Source: Lepidodermella squamata (taxonomy: Eukaryota; Animalia; Gastrotricha). From it: a DNA stretch of 64,000 nt. Both the position numbers and the translations under genes were made by a program. The DNA lies in the NCBI GenBank assembly GCA_047495785.1, contig JBLDXI010000050.1, positions 62,001 to 126,000 on the forward strand. Reading direction: 5' to 3'. Numbering within the stretch: the first letter of the stretch is position 1; each line of letters opens with the position of its first letter. Of the stretch, positions 49,416-59,800 are shown piece after piece. Below the pieces are notes generated by a model. The model was not told where the DNA came from, made no database searches, and saw only the letters and a program-made list of their open reading frames with translations.

Positions 49416-50588
49416 ATGAAACTGCTTCTAGCTTTCCTGATGTTGGCGAAACTCTCATCGCTGGGATCTGCGACACTGATTGCTGGCAAGTTGAAGGCGA
49501 AATTCACTGAACGTTGTCAGGCATTTTTGTCGGATAACCTGCCGATGGAACAAGCACTTTATTCCAACAGCACAAGGCCGCTTGTTGTGAATGTCGCGGC
49601 GGGCCTCCACCGATTTGTTGGAATTAATGATGTGGAGCAAAAGCTTTCTTTGATGCTATATCTGTCTATATCGTGGGCACTGCCGTGCGAAACACCGAAA
49701 TGCACAGATTTACTATCCGACGCAGAATGCATGTCACTCGGTGCTACGGATCTCTACTTCACAGCCCCAGCGTTGAGCATCTGGACTCCAGACATTCAAC
49801 ATATGACTGCTTACGAGAAGCCTGCTATCGGTAACAAAATTAGCGACCTAATTTTCATACGTCCAGTTCAACCGTTTTTTCAAATGGTACACTACATTTA
49901 CGACCGATTCGACGTTTCGTGCACGGATTTCAGCTACCGCAAATTCCCATTTGATACGCAAGCCTGCACGTTGGTTTTAGAATCAACTGATGATTACAAA
50001 GGCGTTGCGCTCCGCCTTGCAATGTTTGGCGTCGACATGTCTGCTGGTAATACCTTCCTCGTTGATAGTGATATTTGGTCCCTTGTCGATCTATCCGGTT
50101 TTAACAGCACTGATTTGCAAAAAATGGAAAATTTGTTTGCATTTGATCGAATTTTTTTGACGATTCGATTCCGCCGCAAAAGTAGCTACTACGTCTGCAA
50201 CATCTTCGTACCAACTATCACGCTTTTCATCCTTCAAGTCGTTTCTCTGCTAACCGAGCCATTAAATCGAGATCGATCAGCATTTTGCGTGACTGTCGTG
50301 CTGTCTTACGTTGTGTATCTGACCTTAATCTTTGGCATGATTCCAGTAACTGCAGATCAGGTCTATCTTGTCTACATGGTCGCAATTAAGTTCATTGTTG
50401 CAGTCCTAATCACTGCTTACACTTGCTTGATTCCCAGTATTCCAGATCCACTGAAATATCGCGTTTTCAAGTTGAACAATTGTCTGGCCTTACCCTTGCA
50501 TCGCCTTCTGGACCTGGCGATCGCTGCATCGGCATTAATATTAGTAATCATTGTTGACGCTATTCTCTTCTTACTAATGTTATCTTGA
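49416..50588 (+). CDS. Cys-loop ligand-gated ion channel-like subunit, subgroup C (390 aa, intronless)
   Basis: Signal MKLLLAFLMLAKLSSLGSA, IWTPDI, Cys-loop CTDFSYRKFPFDTQAC, RRKSSYYV, M2 DRSAFCVTVVLSYVV, short M3-M4 loop. Confidence 0.9.
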   Translation: MKLLLAFLMLAKLSSLGSATLIAGKLKAKFTERCQAFLSDNLPMEQALYSNSTRPLVVNVAAGLHRFVGINDVEQKLSLMLYLSISWALPCETPKCTDLLSDAECMSLGATDLYFTAPALSIWTPDIQHMTAYEKPAIGNKISDLIFIRPVQPFFQMVHYIYDRFDVSCTDFSYRKFPFDTQACTLVLESTDDYKGVALRLAMFGVDMSAGNTFLVDSDIWSLVDLSGFNSTDLQKMENLFAFDRIFLTIRFRRKSSYYVCNIFVPTITLFILQVVSLLTEPLNRDRSAFCVTVVLSYVVYLTLIFGMIPVTADQVYLVYMVAIKFIVAVLITAYTCLIPSIPDPLKYRVFKLNNCLALPLHRLLDLAIAASALILVIIVDAILFLLMLS

Positions 50589-50770
50589 ATTCTGTCGAAT
50601 CGTTATTCGCTAACGATGGCATCCCGATAGGGATCAAACTGTCTTTTATTAATTTTGTAGCAAATAATGCTGTGGCATTCTTCTGCGTGCCTGCTGTGAA
50701 CTTGAATAAATAACAAATAAGCTTTTTTGTGTTGAACATTGAATGCTCAAAGTTGTACTGGATTACGGTA

Positions 50771-53349
50771 TCAATTCTTTCTTCCATTTCTTTCATTGAA
50801 AACCATCGCGGTTGATACTATTCGCGATCGTGTAGCCGGGGCTGCGAATTGCTGCTTTGAAGACCTGATAGTCCCAGTTTGCCTCATAGACGATGATTCA
50901 TCAACAACGCACCAAGCCGCGTCATTACTCGGCCACTTCCCAGCATAAACTGGGTACATCATAACCAAACTAGCCGTTAGGGAATAGACAAGCAACCCAA
51001 CGGCGAAAACAATCACTTTAAGCTGAACATCTGGGACGATGAAGATTATCAATAGGAAAGCGACAAAGATCGAGAAAGCATTCACTACGGCGAGACGAAC
51101 TGTTTTGAACTCGTAACAGTATCGAATTGCTACTTGAGTGTGACGAGCTTCGTACGAGAAGAAGCAGCCTGCCATGAGAAGGAACGCATGTTCAGCGACG
51201 AACCCGCCTATCCAGTCGATCTGGGTCTGCGAATAGCAGTAAGTTACTGTCACGTCGTAGTAAGTGTCGGACGAAGCGTCAAACATCACTTGAGATACAT
51301 CACTCGCTAAAGTCAAAGGCTCCCCGGCAACTAGCCAAACCAACAGAGCTATCGCATTCAGGAGGCAGAGAATGAAAATGCCTAGCTTCACCAATCGGGA
51401 CAGGTGGATAGGAGTTTCTGCAAAGGTAGTTGCACGGCGGTGTGTTGATGCCTTGCCATACATTCCACTCTCAAAAATCGACTTATTCCGGCGTAGGATG
51501 CCGTTTTGGAAGTTGAGAAACTGAACCATTGAACTCGATCGCATGAGAAGAGTCGAGTTGATGAGAATCAGACCGATTACAACAAGAACCGGCCTCCACG
51601 GGCAGAGAAAGCTCGGAAAGTTAAGCTCCCCAACTACTAGAACGATTACAAAAAGGTCCAAAACCATACAGCCAAGTAGTAACATAAGATTCGAGTCGAT
51701 TTCTAGGTATAAAGTTGAAGGCTGTTTCGACTGACTGACAACGACCGCGAAACAAATCAGCTGAAAAATCGCCACGATTCCTGCGGTAATCGCCAGACCA
51801 AGCATGGCGCTTTCAGGTATAGTTTCGTAGAAATGAGTGATTGTGGACAGATCTTTCGGTGCTTGGCCGGTTTGGGTCGCCCAAATCGGGCGTTGAACGA
51901 CAAGCATTTGATAGGCAGTGAAGTTGTACAGGTCATCGCCTGGGATTGTTTTGTAGACAAAAGTCGTGCTGCCACTCGCCGTCTTCTGTAGAACCCACAT
52001 TTCCTAGGAAAAATTGCCAAATTTAGCCTAAAAGTCCCAAATTCTATGCGATGGAAATTGATTGGAAAGAATCGATTGAATTCAAAAGTACCGAAAAATA
52101 CCCGATATAACCATATTTAGGTACTTATTTCCCAATGGATGAAAAATGTCCCTACCTCGTCATCGAATTCGTGCCTTTTCGAGTAGACAATCCTTCCCAT
52201 CCTCAGTCCATTGAAGTCCAAACCCATCGCAGCTTCATTTGCGACTCTCTCAACCAAACCAGGAGCGTCACGAAATTGCTTGAGACTGGAATTGTACCGA
52301 AGCTTCAGCAACCTCTCAGTTTTGTCCAGAGTTAGAAGTGCGGCCATTAGTGAATCATGGCAGAAGTATCTTTGACTGTAGTCCTCAACACCCCTTAGGG
52401 AATTGTTCAGCTTTTTCAGCAATTCAGCTTCGAAAAACTTGGAATCATAGCCGAAAGACGAGTTGCCAACCGGAGCGATTGAAGCTGGTAGAGTTCCTGC
52501 GAAATACGTATGTCGGTACTGGAGTAAAAGCCATTCGTAAGGACACCAAGGTGGGGTAACTTCCTTAGTGGGCGTGTAGCAGAAGACCGAAGTTATGAAC
52601 ACATAATTCGGCGCCCTAACACCAGCTTTGTAGGTATGGCACCAGAATAGGACGCAATTTGCCATGGTCGATGAGATGAAAATTACGATTCTCGCGTCGC
52701 TTTTGCTTAGTCCTATCGCCAATTCTTCATTGACATTCGGGCTTGCATCGAAATGCACGACTTTCTTGCCGTTTTCGGCAAGTTTAGATTGTAGAATTTG
52801 CATGAATGTGACCTCGCTAGCTACAGACGTAGTGCCAACTATACCGAACTCGCGCCAATTAGAAGTTCTGAAGGCGAAGGCTAACACTGGGGCTAAGTAA
52901 TTCTCAGCTGGGGCTCGAATGCGGTAGACATTGCTGTGAAACGGACTGCCAACTATAGCAGGGCCGTTGCAACTCGGGGAAATTATTGTGTAGTTGAAGT
53001 TTTTGATGACCAAACTCGCAGCGTTGCAGCCTGTTGGACCAACGACAATTGGCGAGGGGAAACTGGTTTGATCGATCGAATTCGCGTAGTTAAGAAAATT
53101 TGGGATTGTAAGGAGCCCGGATAGCCCTTCGTCCATTAGTTTGAGTTCGACTTTGTAGTCGCGAAGGATGTCACTCCGGGAATTCGCGATATCCTCAACA
53201 ATTTTGAAAGAAGCTTTACATGCAGCTCCGTTGGCTGGTTCATATCCAGTGAATCGGACGAAAGTAGGAATCGACAATTTATCGGACTTGAAGGGGTTAA
53301 CTTCGATAGCTATGGCTGCAAATAGGACAAGAGACAGACCCGCTCTCAT
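50771..53349 (-). CDS. Orphan class C GPCR, GABA-B-like (~808 aa; exons 53349-52156, 52003-50771)
   Basis: Paralog of 37101 (ANSRSDILRDYKVEL, DARIVI, CHTYKAGVRAPNYVF, FCHDSL, APKDLS); 7TM ending MMYPVY; 152-nt GT-AG phase-0 intron. Confidence 0.85.
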
Positions 53350-54734
53350 GTTGTTAATCGATCTATTTCGCGATAAATTTCGAAATATTTTTAGTACTGC
53401 GCGATAAAAACTATGAGCCTCGAAACAAGTGTCAAGTGCTTGACAAAATAAAAATAATGATTTTTCCGGACTTTACATTCGGATGGAGGTATTCAGGGCA
53501 GAGGCCTCAAATAGCGTTCGAAAGTAATTTTGTTAATTGTCTGTAGGCGTGGTCGTGGAATCGACAGTTCTCTTCTTCAGTCGATCCCCTGTCGTGACGT
53601 CAAACGCTCGGCGTAAGGGGTGTGACGCGTTTTCCCGACATTTACTCTGTTATTCTGACCATATAAAGAGCTTGGCCATTAAAAAAATTGTAAATACGAA
53701 AGTAATAAAGCAAGTAATTACGAAAATTAAAATCGATTAGGTAGGCGCCTATGTCCTCCTCTTAGAGAAGCACTCACCAAACGGACCTCTCAATAAAATT
53801 CCAACTTGAAGCAAATTACAAGCCTAAATCGCTAGCGACTAATCATTGGAAGTGTCTTCGTAAAAGCCCTGGATTTGTGATTTTAAGTAAAGCGTAAAAC
53901 CAGTGAAAAAATCCTAGCTTTTCTCGAAAGGACATTTTTCAAAGTTACAAATGCCCTACGTCAGCAAGGTCTAAATTAGGAAATGTTGGACTGGCTTGTC
54001 ATTTCTCCGAACGTGAGTTGTGAGGTTTTCCGCCATAAAAAATTGAGATTTGACGTTCAAGCACCCCCAGCAAGTACCCTCGCAATGCTCTTGGTATTAA
54101 ATATTCTCCCATATTTCACTATTTCGGCAAATAGGCTATATTTTCCTAACTACTAACAATCTCGCAATCAAAGTGTATCTGATGGTGTCTCATATACATT
54201 TGTTAATGTTAGGGCTCCACAGAAAAAATGCATGCTGCGAATTTTTTAGGGAGAGCATTTATAGTTACCTGGGGGTAGCTTGAAAGCAAAATGTGTCTCG
54301 TGGCGTTATGTCTGAGAAGCCGCACATGATCGAGTCCGATGATAGTGCTTCCGACCAACTGACGTGGATATCCGCATCAGACTATGTCCACACATTGAAA
54401 AAATGTCGCCTTTAGGCATTAGACACGTGATTATTTTGTTTTTCCAGCTATATCAATCATCTGAAAGAAATTAATCCATTACAATCGGCATGGGTGTCTC
54501 GTTTCGGACACACTTATCACAAGTCCCAATTATTTCCTTAATTTTGATTACAGACTTTCCTACACCATCGACATTCAGAAATAGTACAATTATTTAGACG
54601 GAGTAAACTGCGAAACAAAAGTTTACACTTAAGCCAGACGAGAAAATTTGAGCTGGAACCACTAACATAAACAAACAAATCTGAAATTTGCTAATTTTAT
54701 TTGTAAAATAGTGCAAAGTAAATTCAATTCAAAT

Positions 54735-55802
54735 TCAGTTCATTTTCTGAAACACAACTGCCATCGCAGACCACAGGCTTGAGAATTTATCTGGCGCCAT
54801 AGCGACGTAGCGCTTCTGTTCATCGAACAGAATCTTCGCAATTGCCTTCTTCTCCTCCTCCGATCGCTTGTTCGACAAACATTGCAAGAAAAACGGCTCC
54901 ATAGCCGCAGCCATTGAGTCGACAAACTCGTCAGCAAACCTAGCCGCATCTTTATGCTCGAGATAGCTAGCGAACAAGTGATGCTGAGCTGGTGGAAGGT
55001 GCTCAGCTTTCACAAGCTTCAGCCCCAACATTTCGTACAATCCAACCGGCCCGGTGATATCGTCCATAGTTCGCCACATCATTGGGACCTGAAAATTGAC
55101 CAGTTCTTCGGCTGTAACTACTCCACGTTGAACAAAAGCGCGTAGCATAGCTGTGAAGCCAGTTATCATCGTGGTTTGGCCGTCTTGTTTCGATAGGAAA
55201 TTCACGACCAAAACACCACCAGGGACCAATTCGCGAGATCGAGCTGTTAGAAAGTTCTGCCAATCCACCGCAGCTTGTTCCCGGAAAAGAGCGGCCACTT
55301 TTTCGGCATCGTAACCCATTGGTGAGTAGATTCCCTCCAGTTTCCCTGGGATTTTCGACATCCAATGAAGCGAACAGTTCGAAAAGGCGAATTGCAGACT
55401 GTTATCCGGCAGAACTTGCTCGAAAAAGTTCAAACCAGCCGCGAGTGAGAAAACGCCCTTATGCTGCTTCAGGTACGACCTCTCGCTGCCATGGATAAAG
55501 TTGAACATTACATCCCATTTGTTACGAGGGACGTCCTCGTGAACCACAAGAAATGAAGGAATAGCTTCTTCGCCGTATTTGTTGCGGAACAGGCTGATAA
55601 CGATAGACATAGCTTCCGAGCTGTTCGCGCCAGTGCTTGAGCCGAAATCGGCAATAACGAAAGGCGTTGCTCTAGGAAGTTCGCCCGCATGTTGTTGGAT
55701 GCCCAGCTCGATGAAGGGTGTTGTCAGTTCAAGGATCTGTAGCTGATTTCGCGAGTGGCTGTTGTAGTCTTCTCGCATAGCTAAAGAAGTAGTTGGCGAC
55801 AT
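54735..55802 (-). CDS. SABATH/Methyltransf_7-family SAM-dependent carboxyl methyltransferase (355 aa, intronless)
   Basis: IADFGSSTGANS, HEDVPRNKW, FFEQVLPDNSLQFAFSNCSLHWMSK, QAAVDWQNFLTARSRELVPGGVLV. Confidence 0.9.
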   Translation of the reverse strand: MSPTTSLAMREDYNSHSRNQLQILELTTPFIELGIQQHAGELPRATPFVIADFGSSTGANSSEAMSIVISLFRNKYGEEAIPSFLVVHEDVPRNKWDVMFNFIHGSERSYLKQHKGVFSLAAGLNFFEQVLPDNSLQFAFSNCSLHWMSKIPGKLEGIYSPMGYDAEKVAALFREQAAVDWQNFLTARSRELVPGGVLVVNFLSKQDGQTTMITGFTAMLRAFVQRGVVTAEELVNFQVPMMWRTMDDITGPVGLYEMLGLKLVKAEHLPPAQHHLFASYLEHKDAARFADEFVDSMAAAMEPFFLQCLSNKRSEEEKKAIAKILFDEQKRYVAMAPDKFSSLWSAMAVVFQKMN

Positions 55803-56833
55803 TGTTGTTGTAGTAAATTAAATGGCGAAAATAGCTGTTTTGTTCTACTTTAACGCTATTGCCAGCTATTTATAACGACGATGCGCACGACAAAAGGATT
55901 TGAAATGTACGCAAAAATGCAGCAGCACATTTCTCGTAGCGGCATAATAGGATTATAATGTTTATACGCACTTTGTATATTAGCCATGTAGCGGGCATTA
56001 AATTCTTTATAAATTCTTGAAAACCATCTTTCAGTCATGTTTCGAGAAGCATTTTATTTTTATCTGCCTGGAAATTTCTGAGAACAACGCCCTCTTGAAT
56101 GCGGTATTTTTAGAAGTGGCTTTGAACCATTCCCAGTGGGATTAGGATGTAATCTCTCATAATGCCCGAACTTTAATTTTTTCCAGCCCGCTAAAAAAAT
56201 GTCTGTGAATTTCAATTGCGTCATTTCAGAGATTCAGAGATTTTAAAATGGCATAAGAAGGGGTCAATTTTTCTTGATTCGAAGCATGGACGTTTCGCTA
56301 AATGTAAATAAAAGAGTAATTTTGACGAAAATTAAACTATTTTTTTGAAGTTGAGCCAACTGAGAAAATCACCCATCTTTTAACCACGATTTTACTGAAG
56401 AAATTACAAATGTTCAGTTTTTACCTGGTTTTATCAAATTTCTTCGGATTTTTTCATTCCCATTCACAAGAGACATACTTGATAACTATTCTTGGGGAAT
56501 TTTATGAGACACGCTGTAAGAATGGTTTTAAATTCAAGTCCAGCAGCAATTGAGACCCGATCAAATGTTTCTGAATTGTCTCTTTTTGACATCCAAATCA
56601 ACCAATTTTCGCGAAAATTGGGTTTCTTAAAAGTCATTTTCGGTCAAATTTACTTGCTTATTATTGTTACCAGCGGGTGCACACTTAACGACCCTCATTG
56701 GTGTTTTTTTACCCATACCAATATGCTATGCGAGTCGCTTGTTTTGCAGCAAATAGCAAGCAAACAAACAAAACCGCCGTGTTTAGTGACCACCACTTTT
56801 CAAATCATTTTTTTCACAAGTAAACACAAAACA

Positions 56834-59800
56834 ATGCTCATTAGACCTAGGAATATCGCTTGCATATGCTTGTTAATCAAATTAGCCGAATCTGCATGCG
56901 GACCACGCGGGTTAGCCGGGCCACCTGGCTCGCCTTGCTCCCTAGTTCCTATCGGGGAAATCTCCGGCGATCCTAAACCCCTGATTGGCGGTACCTACGA
57001 CAACGGAGATCCTTTTAATGGTTTCAAAACTCCAGCCACAACTACACCCTCGATTGATATCTACGATGACAACAGTGTTTTTGTTGGCGATCATTCTCGA
57101 TTTCCTGATGTCGATGCAGCGACTTATTTCGGTAGCAGAACCAGTAGCGAAGCAATTTGCCCAATGCTACCTTTTGACTTGAGCGACTCAGCCTTCCCTG
57201 CAGGGACTGTTATCTCAATCACATGTCCCGAGGGTTACGAATTCGTGCCAAGTGATGGCAATGTGAAGACGGATCGGCCTATCAGAACAGCGAGTTCTTC
57301 GTGTCTAATGGACGCAGTTTGGTCTTCAAATCCGATTGGAACCTGTAAGAAGCGGGTTGCAGTCAGGTTTTGCGCTGAACCTGAGCCGATACTGAATGGC
57401 GTAGTCTCGGAGAGGATGATTGTGAAAGTGGAGACGTTGGAGTCGCAGAGGCTGTTTCATTTTCAAACTGAGCCGCCGATGGTGCACAAGGCCAAGTCGC
57501 ATGGCAACCGGCACCCGGGTCCTCAGCCGATTTATGAGGTTGTTGATGGTTCGGAAAATCATCGCTACACTATTGGCAGTTATTTGCGTTACTCGTGCAA
57601 TCATGGATTTAGACTTCAAGGTATATTTTGATATAATATCTGATACTATAGGCCAAGGGCTTCTCAACACCTGGCACTATACAACCCAATAATCAGAATT
57701 CTTACCACGTTGCAACCACTGCCGATTTTTATCGGCTTTTTAGTGCAGGAAAATATGCCCTGAATTCTGAAATTCTGCGTCAAAGTGATTAAATATCATA
57801 TCTCTATCCATCTACATCCATTTTCAAATAATTTCTTAAACCTTTTACATTTTGTCATCAGGCGACCCCCGCGACCTTGAGCTGGATTGGCGACCCAGGG
57901 AAAACTCCCAGGGAAAGCTCACTACCCACCGGTTGAGAAGCGCTGCCCTAGGCTTAGGTTTTCTAAAAAATGAAAACAATGCCGATAGACAATTCATATT
58001 TTTCATAACCTGCGGTTCTATGAGACTCGCTCCTATCCAAAGAGGAAACAATCAAACTCGCATCATAACCCCTACAACTTTTGGGAACGGGCTTTAGGAA
58101 CGTAAATTTAAATTAAAGAGAATTTTATATATTTTTATATTTTCGAGGATCGAGAATGAACATAGAGCCCGGAGAACTGATAACAGATTACCGTATATAC
58201 CGAAATATTAGGCCACACCGAATTATAGGGCAGAACCGTATTTCAAGGCAGAGGTTAGAGGTTGAATAATAAAATATAAGGCACCACCGAATTATAAGGC
58301 ACGTGCCCTCAAATGCGAACACGTGCGTAATCCACTCAGCAGGTAATCTCTAGGGTAAACAGTCGCTGGAATGGACCGCAAGCACCTGCGGGGCGTAAAC
58401 GATGACATCGAAAACGCTCTGCACAAGCGGGTGGCTGAGAGGGGATTACGCCGACGTGTCTCGCCATGAAATTTATGGCTAACTAAGTTCGCTTTTGCGA
58501 AGCTGGGAATATAAGGGAGACCCGGAATTTAAAGCAGGACTTGAACGGCTTACAAAAAAATTATAAGGCAGTGTAAACTAATTCGGTATATACGGTATTA
58601 TTTTTTTGTCGTCTGCAAAAGTCGACATAGTCTTGGGAAAAATGACTAATAGCATATGAACTCGACACTTCTTAACAAACAAGTAACACATGAAAAATTC
58701 ATCTGCTTATGGCAAACAATTACTGCTTAATTTCAAAATCTGGATTAAAATTTTTATGAATTGAACTATGCATTAAAAAATGGCAGCAATTTTGCATATT
58801 CATGAAACGTAAAGCTTATGGCTAGAAAAACCTTTGATAAAACTGAAAAAACGCCAAATTAAAAATCGCATGAGCAGATATAATCAGTCAAATGTTTTTA
58901 TAAAATGATTCGCCGTGAGTTGAGGAGTCTGAAAATCCAAGTCCCATAATCATAGCACGCTCACCCGAGAAGCAATTGAGTTTCTAATTGCCGAGTCCAC
59001 CTGAAAAAATAAATAGGACAATGCAGCCTTGTTATTATTGCTAAAAACCCATTTTTTCCTCACTCGCAAAAATTTTATTTTTGCCTCGAGCAGATGAATT
59101 TCCCGCTAGTTTCGATTCCTTACTGCTATTACTGCTATTACTGCTAGGTCCCAAAGGACGTAGTGCAGGACAGGAATTTTCAACTCGAAAATCTTCACTA
59201 TCTGCTTAATGAAATTCCGACCCGGATCATTAGCGACCTTGCTATGAGGCTTTATTTTGTAAAACCTGGGTTACCTTTCAAGAGTTCATTGCTGTTTTGC
59301 TCGCTTTTTGCAGCAATCCCTCGACAGACGCGTTCTAGTTAAAGGAACGTTCTCTTTCTGACGCTGTTTACGAGCGAAAAGGATTGGCGCCCCAGATGGT
59401 GCCATTTTTTTTGCTTTTTCGTAATAAATGTACGGCGAATTTGATAACAGCACCTTTTTTTTATAAGACTGGGTCTGTCTACGGACTCCGTGCTTTATCG
59501 AGGGAGCACTGTATTTTGAAATTGAGAAAACATACTTACTGCGATTTAGCGATTGTGATTGAAAGTTGAAAAACGGGCTAAAAGCTAATAGGATTGCTTG
59601 ACAATAATTCGAAATTTTGTATATTTTCCTTCATTTGCAGGTTCGAGTGACCGGATTTATTGCAAGTACCCTGATTGGACCGTGGCTCCAACCTGTGCCC
59701 GAATCTGCTACGCCCCAGACACGCCAGCATACGCCGTCATCGACCGGCAACTCACAACCGAAGACGGCTTCGAGTTCCAAGTCAACGGCTACATAACCTA

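Noticed and set aside
52004-52135. Possible non-canonical GA-AG or AT-AG intron with GGAAAT direct repeats in the class C GPCR
   Set aside because: A canonical in-phase GAG|GTAGGG donor at 52155 exists and gives spacing that agrees with the paralog.
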